A stretch of DNA of 64,000 nt, taken from positions 11,313,676-11,377,675 of the forward strand of contig JAHRHZ010000004.1 of NCBI GenBank assembly GCA_024137785.1, in the 5' to 3' direction. This stretch comes from Ginglymostoma cirratum (lineage: Eukaryota). Position numbers and translations under genes: made by a program. Each line of letters opens with the position of its first letter. Position 1 is the first letter of the stretch. Under the pieces are notes generated by a model, which saw only the letters and a list, made by a program, of their open reading frames with translations, was not told the origin of the DNA and did no database searches. Of the stretch, positions 10,191-23,250 are shown piece after piece.

Positions 10191-13100
10191 TGAAGACGCG
10201 GCATCCCCTCAACATTGGGCCAGTGAAAGTAAGCGTGAGAGTTATTATACAGAGGAAACATTATATCACGTTCAAAAAAAATGTTAAGAAACAGCAGGGA
10301 CCCCTTGGTTTCGTTAGAAAGGATGATTCTGTACAGCGATGAAGGCAATTAAGGACAACTGGCGGATCTAGCAAGAAACCAGGAAATGAACACCGGAGGG
10401 CTTCACACCTCAGTGGGTTTAAACGCACTAATTGTACAGTTTCAAGTCATGTACCCTTTACAAAGGGCAAAGAAAAAAGAAATCCATTTACAAAATAAAC
10501 AGGAAACTTTCCAAACTTGTCCAGTGCAGAAGAGAGTTAAAAAGAAAATTATACGTTTTCCTTCTCACTGATTCTGTTTGCGATATTTCTACGATGGGGA
10601 AATTTCGTCCACGACTCTGCGTTTCCGAATTAAGGGTAGAATTTGTTTTCGGACAGTTAAAGACAACAAAACAACTTGTTCTGTTTTTGTTCAAAGAAAA
10701 TCTGGAACAATTGTTCAATTTATTTCCTTAAGTATTTTGATATTGGTGGCACTCCTAATTGTGAATGGGTAAGATTAAACTTAATGCATTTACTACTTGT
10801 TAATTAATTAATTCTGATCCGAAATCCACAGGAAAGAAGTCTAAAAAAGCCAAAATACCATCTTTTAGGGTTAGTTTTACTGAGGTATAAACAAATTACC
10901 TTTAAAATATACATTCTTCAAAAATGGTCCCAGACACATTGACGATACGCCTCGAGTGCTGAACAATCAAATCCTGAATTGCACAGATAGGATAAAAAAA
11001 AGTGCATAATTTTCTGTAACGATTAAATCGCCCATCAAAGATGCCAGTTAACCCAGTTTAGTGAGCCTAATAGTGTTGACCAGATGTTATGAAATCATTT
11101 TGTGTCGTAAATCAAATGAGAATGCAGCCAGGCTAGAGCTGAAAGATTACAACTTCTAACCTACAAATTCTAACCATATGAAGACAAAGTCTAGTAAATA
11201 GCCTTCATAGAAGCCTTATTTTCTGGTATAAATCAATATCTACTTAGGTTGAACTTTTAATTATAATTCAACCTCTGCCACTTAAATGCTTGTGTCGAAC
11301 CTTTTGTTTTCCTGATCACTGAGATAAATCTGAGTCAGTTGTTTCTGGAGACAATGTCGAAATATTGTTCTAAAAGAACAAAAATTTAGAAAATATAATA
11401 ATGGAAATGTAATTTTGGACAGAAGGGTCGGTATTCAATTTTAACACGGCAATTTAGTTCAAAGAGACTTAAAATATCAATGTGTATATTTTCTGAATAG
11501 ACTATGGGGATATATCAACATATATGGCAACAAAAAGATCGAAATCTGTACATGTCGCTGATAAAATATTACTAGTGAAAACGTGACTATTTTAACTTGT
11601 AACGCACTTCATAGTGTGCCTTCCAGCCTGTTCGTCTTCAAAGATTAATCTATCAAATGGACCGAGGAGGGAAAACATTTGAATATTACTTATTCCATAA
11701 CTATCTACATTCGTGCACTTCCACTTCCATCGAAAGAATTTAAACCTAGTCCCTAGATTTGCAGCCCAAAAGTTGGTTTTCCTTTCTCTGGCTGGATTTA
11801 TTGTCTTTCAAATTCGTGTCGTTGTTTCCTCGTTTATCTCTTTTGGCAGGCGACTGCTGAATTGTGGCATTTTTTTAACCTAAAATGCACCTTATTTCCA
11901 TATAGTAAGAAACACCTCCCAGCCCCCACTTTATCGCACCCTGCCCCCACCGCTTGCGCCTTCTCTTTTCTCTGTCCATCTCACTATTGTTTGCATAGAT
12001 ACTAATTTAATCCTTTAACAATGCGAACCTGCTACAGACATAGCTGTCACAATAAATTTGAAAACATTGAAATTATTTATATTAGTTATCTTATTCCCTG
12101 CTTGAGTTTATGTGGCAGGGTCAATGTTTAAAATTAGGAATGTCTCCAATGCGCAATCTTTGCAGTCTACGAAGTTGGGTATAAATGTGCGGCACACGAG
12201 TGTGTTTCCATTGATACCCGGTACATGACTCGTCAAATGATATTTCAAGCAAGCCTTAAATGTGGTTCACATTAATTGCAACCCATCATCTAAATACAAT
12301 CAATGTAGAAATGAAACTATTTTACCTTTAACAAAATAGACATTTCCAATAAAGGAGCATCGTTTCACCATACGTGTATCTCTTGCGTAACAAAGGTGAT
12401 CTTGTTAGTGCATCTCAGTGTAGCTGAGGGATTTGCTAATAAACGCGGGTTGGGCAGATTTATTCCCGAAAATATATTTATGCAATATTGCCCCAGCTAT
12501 TTCACCCTGAAGAACAGGGCCTAGAAACATCTGTCGTAATTTGTAACTTCCAACACGTTACTATATTTCCAAATTGCAGTAGTTTTTGCTCCTCTCAATT
12601 AGAACTTAGTTTCACGAGACAAAAATATTTAAATAAACCACTACAGCAGCGGCGAAATGGCCCCGCTGTTTTGTGGTATGATTTTTAACACTAATAAACT
12701 GTTAGGCATTTCGCATTTCTGCTTCAGTGTAAGTAAATCCTACAGAAATCACCTCTAACCATCCTAAAATACAATCACTGGCGAGTGAGGCAGCATTATG
12801 CTTTATTTAATAGCACTTTTACTGAACCACATTGGTTTAATAGATGGCACGGTGTTTTGTAATACGAAAACTTTTCCTTAAACAAAATAACTGGATTTTC
12901 TTTACATTTTTCCATCCTTTCCTACTGCGCTCCTTCTGCTTTTGTTTGTTGTAGCCATGCTGTTTCTGGTTTGAGATGGCTAATTAAGAAGGTAGTTTTA
13001 CTAAACTAGCAGAATAATATGTAATAAACCAGGTACCTGATCTGGCATCTGGCCCAGGTGGAGAGACAGATGTAACTAGCCGCATCGCTATCCTATGCAG

Positions 13101-13414
13101 CAAACCAAAACAAAAGTTTGGAACTTGTAATTAACGTATTTTAACCCTACAAATTGTCATCAAGTACAAAAAGGAATGCAATCGCTTGTTAACCTGCTTC
13201 CGATACGAGATGCAAACTTCATGCAAACCTAAAACAAATTATTAGTTTCTAATCACTTTTCATGAGACATATACGGTGACGATATGCTATATAGCCCATA
13301 GTAACATGTAATTACTACGTTACATACAGTTACTATGGAACATACAGTTTCCATGGACACGAGGTGCGGCCAATGCTGCGAACATTTGGAACGTAAATAG
13401 GGAATAATTTGAGA

Positions 13415-13515
13415 GAAGTTCCGAAGAAGAGTCATGTTGGTCAATGTTTAACATTGTTTCACTCCCCATTGATCCTGCCAGACCCGCTGATTTTCTCGAG
13501 CACTTCTGTTTTATC
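13415..13515 (+). mobile_element. Solo Penelope-derived pLTR arm (old)
   Basis: agttccgaagaagagtc...gatcctgccagacccgctgattttctcgagcacttctgtttt matches the other arms. Confidence 0.7.
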
Positions 13516-13529
13516 TTTATTAGACATTT

Positions 13530-13860
13530 TGAGCGGCGTGACTTTGTTTCACGGGGTTGAGAGAATAATTCAGGGAGCTGACAGAAATTCAGCTTGCGCT
13601 GCTGTTTTAATCTCCCGAAATAAGATTCAATAATTCCACTTAATCACTTTAAACAAATTGACCGTCTGTAATTGTGGATCCTAATTGTGTGGAATTTAAA
13701 AGAGACTGCAATTAGAACTTAGTTCCTAGGAACCAGGGAAACATTTTCAGCCATTTATTTTAATGATTTTGATATTGTTAGGGGCTTTACAGCAATTTAT
13801 TCTTAATGATGGCACACCTGCTTGCTTAAATTAAATCAAGACAACACCGTGATATTTTTA
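13530..13860. promoter_or_regulatory. Candidate conserved non-coding element/enhancer
   Basis: Unique, non-repetitive block dense in TAAT/ATTA homeodomain cores, upstream of PRDM16. Conservation not verified. Confidence 0.35.
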
Positions 13861-14094
13861 ATGAACAAAACAAATTATTAAATCAACAAATAGCCGATTT
13901 TGCTCATCAACTCCAAGAACAAGAACTGATGTATACCTTTGAGTGTAAATAGTTTTAAACTGAGAAAATTGAGTCTGGACCCATGTACAAGTCTGTAAAG
14001 TACGCATACGTTTGTACAAGCGGGAGTCTTTTTATGTGCGTGTATGTTTGTTGAGTATGTATATGCATTTATGAGGCGTGTAATAATTATAAGT

Positions 14095-14305
14095 AAAACT
14101 GATGATGCTGAAGATGTGAAACAATACCAGAAATTGCTGGATACACTTAGCGGGTCTGGCAGCATATTATGAGAGAAAGCAGAGTTAAACTTTCGAGTCC
14201 AGTTTTGTTCTCAAGAAGGGTCATGGCACTCGAAAAATTAACTGTTTTCTCTCGACGGATGTTGCCAGACCTGCTGAGTTTCTACAGAAATTTCTATTTT
14301 TCTTA
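14095..14305. mobile_element. Palindromic Penelope-derived mini-element
   Basis: Arm agaaattgctgg...gtctggcagcat...gagttaaactttcgagtcc and inverted arm actcgaaaaattaactg...gttgccagacctgctgagtttc. Confidence 0.8.
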
Positions 14306-14524
14306 ATAATTCTACGTGCTACATGCTTCAATCTTTCAGTGTGTAAATGTAAGTAACAATTCTTGTGCGCTTCTCTGTAGCTAAGTTTGTATCCAGTCCG
14401 TGTTCGTCTGTGCGTGTGATGAATGTGTAGGTGTGGAGTGTAAATTTGCCTACGTAAGACTGGGTGGCGGAAAGATAGGAATTTATATGATCTATTCACA
14501 CCCCACCATCAAAATCTGCTATAT

Positions 14525-14620
14525 ACATTCTGAAGAATAGTCACTGAACTCGAAACGTTAAAGGTTCTCCATAGATGCTACTAGACCTGCTGAGCTTTTC
14601 CAGCAATTTCTTGTTTTTGC
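14525..14620 (+). mobile_element. Solo Penelope-derived arm with hammerhead core
   Basis: CTGAAGA-A-TAGTC-ACTG-AACTC-GAAA-CGTT at 14530-14559, followed by ctccatagatgctactagacctgctgagcttttccagc. Confidence 0.8.
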
Positions 14621-15255
14621 CTGTTTTACTATATATATCGTCTCTAAAATAAAGGGACTTATGGTGCAACAAAACTAAACCAATTGTCTCAAATCTGCAA
14701 TTTACGAGAGGCCTACGATCTCTGCACATTACTTGCTTGGAAATGAATACATAAAAGAAATTCGATTTTCCCTTGGCAAACACATAAACAGCTAACAGTC
14801 TGAACTGAAGCTGGTATTTAGAAGTTTGGAAAGAAAATTAAACATCACTGGCCGTTCGAGAGAGAAGATGACGCGGCATCCATGCGAAGCATGAGCCTGA
14901 ATGAATCTATTTGAACATCAGAAATTTCATTCAGAACTAAAATGACTTAGGGTGCAAGCATTGGCGGGTTCTGTTGAAGGCCTCCACGCCTTCCCTTTTA
15001 ACAAAGGTATTTTGATCGTAAAGCTAGTTCTGATAGAATATAAGTTCGATAGTTTTGAGGACTATATAAAGGGACTCATAGAATCTGAAATATCAGCGCT
15101 CACCCATAGATTCTAAAGGGCGGAAATATACAACGGGATCCATATACAACATAGGTAAGAGATAATAGGTACTGCAGATGCTGGAGAATCCGAGATAACA
15201 AGGTGTGGGGCTGGATGAACACAGCAGGCCAAGCAGCATCATAGGAGCAGGAAAG

Positions 15256-15289
15256 CTTGACGTTTCGGGCCTAGACCCTTCATCAGAAA
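15256..15289 (-). ncRNA. Minimal type I hammerhead ribozyme motif (inverted copy)
   Basis: Exact reverse complement of 15656-15689. Confidence 0.65.
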
Positions 15290-15655
15290 NNNNNNNNNNN
15301 NNNNNNNNNNNNNNNNNNNNNNNNNNNNNNNNNNNNNNNNNNNNNNNNNNNNNNNNNNNNNNNNNNNNNNNNNNNNNNNNNNNNNNNNNGTTTTTCCTCT
15401 CACCTATCCCCTCCTCCCATCTCAAGCCCCACCCCCATCTCCTATCTACTAACATCATCCCGCCCCCTTGACCTGTCCGTCCTCCCTGGACTGACCTATC
15501 TCCTCCCTACCCCCACACCTACACTCACCTTTACTGGCTCCATCCCCGCCTCTTCGACCTGTCTGCCTCCTCTCCACCTATCCTCTCCTCTATCCATCCT
15601 CTATCCGCCTCCCCCTCTCTCCCTATTTATTTCAGAACCCCGTTCCCCTCCCCCA

Positions 15656-15689
15656 TTTCTGATGAAGGGTCTAGGCCCGAAACGTCAAG
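15656..15689 (+). ncRNA. Minimal type I hammerhead ribozyme motif (predicted)
   Basis: UUU-CUGAUGA-A-GGGUCUAGGCCC-GAAA-CGUC-AAG: complete core, stem II, palindromic ACGU stem III and GUC cleavage triplet. Stem I is only ~3 bp and activity is not shown. Confidence 0.65.
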
Positions 15690-16074
15690 CTTTCCTGCTC
15701 CTATGATGCTGCTTGGCCTGCTGTGTTCATCCAGCCCCACACCTTGTTATCCCATATACAACATAATTCAGTTCTAGTGTGGACAATTGCAAACATTCGC
15801 GAAATATAATCATTCGTTGGGGATGTGCGAGGGAAGTCTTCAAATTTGAATAATCATCATGATTTTATTAATAAAACGTGATATCTAGCAACACACTATA
15901 GCATTTACTTGGGTTAAATTCAAAGATTCTGCCTCTGTCAAGCACATTGACATTGACCGATCAATATCAGTTGGAAGAATTTGTGTCTCTCAAACTGAAG
16001 TAGGTGAATGGGCGGAGATTGGTCAATGTGGCCGAGCCACAGGAAGAGAGGTCCACCCAAATTTTCGGGTATCG

Positions 16075-16155
16075 AGACTCAAACGTTAGCTTGCTTTCTC
16101 TCCATAGATGCTGCCTGACCCGCTGTGATCTCCAACGTTTTGTTTTGCTTTCAGT
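16075..16155 (+). mobile_element. Solo Penelope-derived arm
   Basis: gactcaaacgttagcttgctttctctccatagatgctgcctgacccgctgtgatctcc. Confidence 0.7.
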
Positions 16156-16185
16156 CAAGTCAACTAAGAAGCGAGAACATGTTTT

Positions 16186-16207
16186 GTGTGTGTGTGTGTG
16201 TGTGTGT
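16186..16207. repeat. (GT)n microsatellite
   Basis: Direct reading. Confidence 0.95.
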
Positions 16208-19200
16208 GGGTGCCTTGTTTGTTTTAACGCCCCTGGTGAGATTGTAGTGAAAGCAATAGCGCACTCTGTGAAGTGAAAAGGGTAACGCTGTTTGTATGAG
16301 TTGTTCCAATGTCAATTACTTGGTAGGCAAGGATGCAAAAAGTATAGAAATGGCTTCGATTAGCGCGATGAACCTGAGAGTTCCCGAATTTATCGAAGGG
16401 AGACGCGGTGATATAGTGGAGTTATACAATGACCCCTTTTAAGGATTCCTCCTTCAGTGGGATAATGGAACTTATTCCAAGATATTCTATAGAACTCAGG
16501 TGCAGATCTCAAAGGGTTAATGCGACCCCTCTAGGCATGAGCAAGCTATTAATCCTAGAGTTTCTTTTTTCTTGAGGCAAGACGTTTTTAATCAACAACC
16601 GGGGTATACCTGTCAGTGAAATAGGATTATATTTATATCAGGAGACTGTTGTAAATGGGAAGGGACATGTATCGTTTCATCTAATATGTCAATGGGTTCC
16701 GAAATGTGTTGTCCAAAATATTCACACATTTAGAATCTTATTAACTTGCTGTTGAGTGGCACTGTTTCACTGACAAGTGAATTCCTTGTTAGCCTTCGCA
16801 GAAAATAGGTCGGGCTGAATTCTGTTGCTTAAAAATTAAATAACTCATCCTATCTAATCGGTTTACCCCGATATCGGATAGTTTAGGGAAACTGCACCCC
16901 TAAGACAATCCTATTTTCTGAACTTATTGTCTTGTCCTTAATCCAAACAATGGTGGTGGTTTGTTCAGGTATGTTCCACTAAGTTGGGCAGCAGTGTCTC
17001 CTGACACTTGTCAAATGATGTGCTTCCCTCCATTAGGACATGACCGCCAGCATCCTCATTGAGCCATTCTCTATTGCTTGCTTAATTTCAACTTGAGAAT
17101 CTGATCATTAGTGGCCTTGTTTTAGTGCAAAATGTTTGTGTGTGTTTGGTTTGTGTCAACATCTATAGTTTTTTTCTGGTAGAATACTGAGAAGATCTGA
17201 CTAAATAATTGAGAAACTAATTTCGAATGAGATTCTGAATCACGGGGATGAGGGAGATATCACAAAAGGTACGTACAACCCTTAATCATTTGAAGAATTA
17301 TTTCAAGCCTGCTTTAACTCAGCGCCTATTACTGATGATCGATATCTCAGTCAAGGAAGTTTCCCCAAGATTATCAGAATCTATTACTTCATTAACAATA
17401 ATTAAAATAAAATCCACAGAGATAAACGAAAGGATTCTGATATTAAATTATAATCTTTTATATAATTATGTTAAGGGACTCTTTATGGAAGAGTCTATAT
17501 TTGGAGAAAGGCAGGTTTCAATCCATGGACAATCATTCTGGTTATGGATTAATAGAGATGGTGAACTGCCCATTGTGCCCAAAAAATTACTCACCAGTAC
17601 TCTTCAACCGCCCTATTTTAGTATGTACACCTTCTGCCCACAAATGGTGTAAATCTGTTGCACGACCTTTGTAACGCGATTGAAATGCACTCCGGTGCGG
17701 TTATGATTGAGAAGAGGGAGTTGCGAATCCCATTCATCGTTTCACGTAAATAGATTAATAGTGACGATCATTTCAACAGGCAACTGGGAGATAACAGTTT
17801 ACGTTTAAATAATCCCACTTTAGAATCAGTCTGTTTAACCTAGAATCGGAACTAAAAAGGAATTGGAGTTGGAGGAAATCCTCAAGTGTCCAAAAACTTT
17901 CCCTATAAGTGTCCAGGTGGGAAATGGACTTCAATAAATTCTCTTTATGAATACCATCCAACATTTTACATATCATCGTGTTAAGATTTAATATTCTACG
18001 CGAGCATTTTAATTTATAAAATGCTGGAATTCCATTTTCTTTTTTTGCAACTGCAAACAGTTAAGACCCCCGTTTGTTTGGCAATTTGGCCAGAGTCACT
18101 CGAAATGCGAATCCAAAGTCCTGGAATTCAACTGCAGTTAAACCATATACGGATTAATTCAGTCCCTGTAAAATATAGGCCCGGAACATGAATTGACAAG
18201 GAGGTAGGGCGTAGCCTCCAGAACACCTCCCAACCAATTCCTGACATTGGCTTGCTACACTCACTTTGGGTCCTCTTGTAGAAAAAAGACAAGAATTATT
18301 GCGACAGAGAAAACTGTGATTAGAAAATAATCCACCAGAAGACGTTTACCCCTTTAATCGGAATTTTACAGATTACGGATTTCGACAGTTTACGAAGGAG
18401 TACTGAAATATTACAATACACGCTGTTTCCATTTTCTAAATACCTAGAATATTTCGGGGACAGTATGTGAAATAACTCCGGAAACTTGATTCAAGAAGCC
18501 GATTTGGTGAGAGATCGCAAGAGAGAAAACAAAAACTTGTTTATTTGTACCTTGCTATGTCCTGGTTTATGAACGCCACCATACCATAGCGGGTACAAAG
18601 TAACATCCTCGAGTTGAAGTAGACGCCACTTTGCATTTCAATTTTGGAGTAAATAGCTTGACTGCTTTCCAACCCATTCACCACCACACCCCCCCCCCCC
18701 CAACCACCACCACCAAACTCCCTCTCAAAAGCAGCGTAGTGGTTTTAAATAACACATTTCCTGACCACGGGCATATTAGAGTAAATTAAATATTTGTCAT
18801 CCCGTTTACAGCGGAAAAAACGAGCACAAATATGACCCAGCTCCCAGTGTCCCTGTGCTAAGGGCTTTATTCACTCCAATATTATTCTTTCATAAAAGAT
18901 TTATGCAGCTCTCCCCAGCTATTCTCTAACTCCCGTGCCCGAGGTAACAATATTTTAAAGGGGTAAAAAGAGGTTTTTTTTAAAAAAGATCACATGACTT
19001 TCTCATCTAGCCTCCCTTGAAAGATTAAGACTGTGATACGTGTCCCTACGGGTCGTTTGATTGATTACATCATCCTAAGGTCACTTCTACTTCTGGTAAT
19101 TTTCTTCTTGCCCCGGGGCTCTGCATTCGCGCATTTTTATTGCACGCTTTGGAGACGTGCAGCTTCGTTGTTTTAGTCGTATGGATTAATGACTTCAGTG

Positions 19201-19802
19201 CAATGAAGTGAAACAGGGATTGCAATGGTGAGCTGCCTATACAGCCAATACATGGATCTTAAAGTGGTAACAGTCACCCATTTTCTCCATCTCTGGATCT
19301 GCAGTATTAGTAACGGTTTAAAGCTCGCGTTTAATACAGGGGACAAACTCTCCTGACACACTCACACACCTTTACGGTTCATTGTCTTTTATCCACATTG
19401 AAATATTAATGTAATTTCAAATTTCCGAAATGTTTCCTGCAAATGCAACCAGAAAAAAATATAATAGTCAAAGCTATAAAATTAACATATGTTATTACGT
19501 GGCAAAGTGCAACCCAATAGTGATGTATCATATTAATTTAGTCAAATAACTACATAACATATGACATATTTGTTTCTATATTTGTGGTCCGCAATCGTTA
19601 AAAGGTGAGGAAATGCGATGTTTGTAAAACGGAAGAAGATGTACGGTCTTTATATACATTCTAATCTTGGTCACCAAATATGTTGTGTCTTTAAGGGAAA
19701 AAAAAGAGGATTCTTTGTAAGGTTTCAAACACAAACGTGCTTATACTGTCACAGTTGAAACGATCGCTTAAATACAGAAGTTCAAATCAAATATCGCTTC
19801 CT

Positions 19803-19902
19803 ACACACACATTTATATGCATGTATATGCATATACCACACATACACACATACACATACACGCACAAACACACACACATGCACACACACGCGCGCGCACA
19901 CA
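19803..19902. repeat. Imperfect (CA)/(TA)/(CG) alternating purine-pyrimidine tract
   Basis: Direct reading: acacacac...acacacacgcgcgcgcacaca. Confidence 0.85.
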
Positions 19903-21479
19903 TAACTGCTTGTAGAAGAATCTATCAGCATTGTTAACAGTTATGCCTTGGTCACAATCCCCAAGCAAAAACAGAAGTAGCACAAAAACATTGACGGAGA
20001 TGCAGCCTGGTTAATGTTAGCTGCTGGTAAACACCTCCGAAAGGGGAGCTCTCGGAATCCTCCCTCTACAGGATTTGATGCGTTTACAACGGTGGCCGCG
20101 TCCAAGTATGATAAAGAAAACGTGTCTCTGAAGTGCTCCCTTCATAAATGTACATCCAGGTCTTAAAAAGTGACTAGAGACAGATCTTCGTAATTTTTTT
20201 TGTAAAAACATTACTCAAAAGTTCAACGCCAGCTTGCAGTTATTTAAAATGTCTTTTTCACATCAAGCCATTTGACGACAAATACAGTTGGGGATCTGGG
20301 TGGAGAAGGTAACACCACTGTGTAGTCCTTGGCTCAGTTGTTTCCCAGATAGTTAATCTAACTACAAGGAAACAGAGGCAAACGTGTGCATTTAACAACT
20401 TCGGGGCAATAGCACAAACTTCACAATAAAGCATTCTAGAATTGTTTAAATCTGACTGTTTACATCCAACATATTTCAATCCCACGCGAGGAAACGTGCT
20501 TCTGTTGAAACCAAAGTTCAGGGACGGCTTTTAGAGGCGGTCTGAGAACGGTTGTCATTTTCAAAAATTCTGAAATCGTCTCAGGACCTCTCGCTCGAAA
20601 GTATTTGAGCGAAAACTTATAATCCCCCCGAGGGAATAGACAACATGTGAACACTCTCTGTCAAAGGCAGCAAAGAGCTCATCTCGCTATGGCACTTGGT
20701 CGTGTCGCTCCGTCTTTATGCCTGCACCTCTAGCTCTGCCCCTTTCCGTGTGCCTTTCCCTCTGTTAATCCATAGGTAATTTTATTTTTATGTGAATTTA
20801 GCTTCCCTTTGTTTTCTCCCTGTGCGTTTCTCTATCCGTTTATGTCTTCCCCTTTATTTTCCAGCTATGAAATATGTGTGTTTCCGGAAACATTCGAGAA
20901 TCAGTTAAATACTGGAAAAGCACAAGTCCTGGTGTAAATAAAAGCCTGGTGTGGTCCAGAGCTAGGTGGCGTGGACCACGGTGATTAGGTTGGTAAACTC
21001 AAATAAATGCTGAGGCACATTTCATTGAGATGCCTGAGGCTTTTTTTTATATCAAAGGCGGCGCCAACACACACGACATTCCACTCCCTAGTCTCGAGCC
21101 AGGCGCTATCCAGTAGATTGGGTACCCGGTAGGGAAGGGATGCCTGCTCTTAAGTGCTCAAACTCTTCAACAGAATCAGTTTTGGTCACCATTGTGAACG
21201 ACGCCTTCTCCATTAGGGCGAGGGTGCTTTCGGATTGAACAAGTTTGCAACACTGTGATAGGGTGAGCGATGCGAGTGAAAGAGCATTGGAAGGGGGATA
21301 CTACTGCGACTTCAGAAATAAGAGCCTTGAGCCGCTGGCAGCAATCCATCACTACTTAAATGTGATTACCACATATCCCCTACCCTATATTGGATGTTGC
21401 AGTGTGAGGTAATTCTACTACCGCCTTGTCCCTCCCTATCTTGCACTGTTCTCTAGCCCCAAAACCCTCCGAAACATCT

Positions 21480-21765
21480 GCGATCTTGTCATTCTGACCT
21501 CTAGATTAAAGTACTCTAGCGTCAGCAGCCACGCTTTCAGTTACCAGGCTCCTAGGCTCTGGGATCTCCCTTCTTCAGTCTGCTCTGTGCCTCTAACAGG
21601 TTCCTTAAAACCCACCTCTTTAATCAAAGCTCATATCAGCTACCCTAAAATCTCCCGTTGCTCAGTGCCAAATTTTCTTTCACGACTTCAGTGAAGAATC
21701 TGAGAACATTTCACTGAGTTGAGGCGCTATATTTTAATAATATTTTATCGTACATTTTGTTGTAT
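21480..21765 (+). mobile_element. L2-type LINE 3' end (old)
   Basis: gctttcagttaccaggctcctaggctctgggatctccct...ccttaaaacccacctctt...gtgaagaatctgagaacatttcactgagttgaggcgctatatt; homologous to 55490-55610/56296-56425. Confidence 0.7.
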
Positions 21766-22889
21766 ATCCAGAGTCTTAATCACTTGCAGTAGACTTTATT
21801 TTCTGACATAGGCAAAAAAAAAACAAGCCAGATCGATCTGGTCTACATCAACTTTAAAATAGTCAATGTGTATTAGAGATCATTGCCCTGTTTCATAACA
21901 TATAATGTGCATATAATTTGCAACTTCGTTTTATTATTCCAGAAAACAACCGATTATTTAAACGTTTATTTGTATTAGGGATACCTGTCCATTTTAAATG
22001 TACGTTGATCATGTTAATGGGACTCCAGTTTGTCTCGATGGTCTTAATAACAATGGATCACCAGAATTACACTGAATTTGGAACAAAATATGAACTTCTT
22101 AGTAGTGAATTTTATCAGAAGTGACACCTTCACTACTCAGCGGAGAGCTGTAATCTCCAATGCGTGCCGTCAGGAATATATAAAAAAAAACAGAATTAAG
22201 TTTAAAATAAGTAAGGAAGAATTTGGATATGCTGCTATCATGGACTATCATTTATTTCTTTTCGAAAGTACTTTCTGCTAAATTAAATGAATCTTTGGTA
22301 TCTCACTCAGAATTCATTCAGTGTCTTTCCAAGAGTGAACAACTCAAGTCCGGTGCAAATAAAACTGACGAATTGAGTCTTAATTTCGTAAAGCCCAGAG
22401 CTGCTGCATTTCAGAGTGGGTCTACTTAATTCCAATGAACTAGCAACACTGGAACAACATTGTATTCCACCTTCCCTTATTTTCGCTGGCAAGTTTTTTT
22501 TTGAAAGCACATTTTATAAATGGAACGAGATATATGGTCCATTGTAACCAATAGGATTTTAAATCCTAACAATACTAACCCATTTGTTGAGCTTTATAAT
22601 GACTGACATTCGAAGGAAATGCAAAGTAAGGATTAATTTGAAAATAATCAACTAAATAGTAAACGAACCTCCTGAGTATCAAGTATATTTGTTCACAATT
22701 ACAGCATTCAATAACCCATCAGTAATGGAGAGATAGATCTGGGGGCTTTGAGAGTCACCAGTGCGAGTGTGTAACAGTTTGTATTGATTCCCTGCTCCTG
22801 CCTTCCACGATCATTTTGCCATCTATGTCGCAATTAATTGTTTTGCAAAACCTATAACGGAGTTTAGGTAAAACAGAACCAGGTGAACG

Positions 22890-23250
22890 TACTGTAAATA
22901 GTTGAGCATTTATTGCATCCCTGGCGCCTGCTTTCCCGTCTCACCCATAAAGCTATACCTAATCATTACATTCCCCTCAAATAAAGTTTGCCCCATTGAA
23001 ATACAGATCTAAATATGTCGAATAGCTTGTGTTTTCTCATGCCCCCTTTGCCATTTTGTTCTGGCTTACGGCTTGGATGTGGCTGTTATCTGTGTGCTTG
23101 ACCCCCTGGAGTTTTGCAGGCTGAGTCCAACCAGTCCCGCTCTCTCTAGCCCCCAGCTGTATATCCTGATTGGGATTAGCGGTCAGACTTCTCATTTACC
23201 ACAACCACAAAGGTCCTGAACCCAATTAATGGCTAATAATTACACTCTAA
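22890..23250. promoter_or_regulatory. Candidate conserved non-coding element/enhancer
   Basis: Unique block with paired TAATCATTA, GGATTA, tandem RUNX-type ACCACA sites (~23198-23210) and CAATTAAT/TAATAATTA. Conservation not verified. Confidence 0.4.

Larger units (their letters stand above)
15154..15751 (+). mobile_element. Young non-autonomous Penelope derivative with perfect 96-bp inverted arms and 14-bp TSD
   Basis: 15194-15289 is the exact reverse complement of 15656-15751. A 35-nt tail lies at 15159-15193. TSD CCATATACAACATA is at 15140-15153 and 15752-15765. The interior has a C/T-rich 3'UTR and an N gap. Confidence 0.93.
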
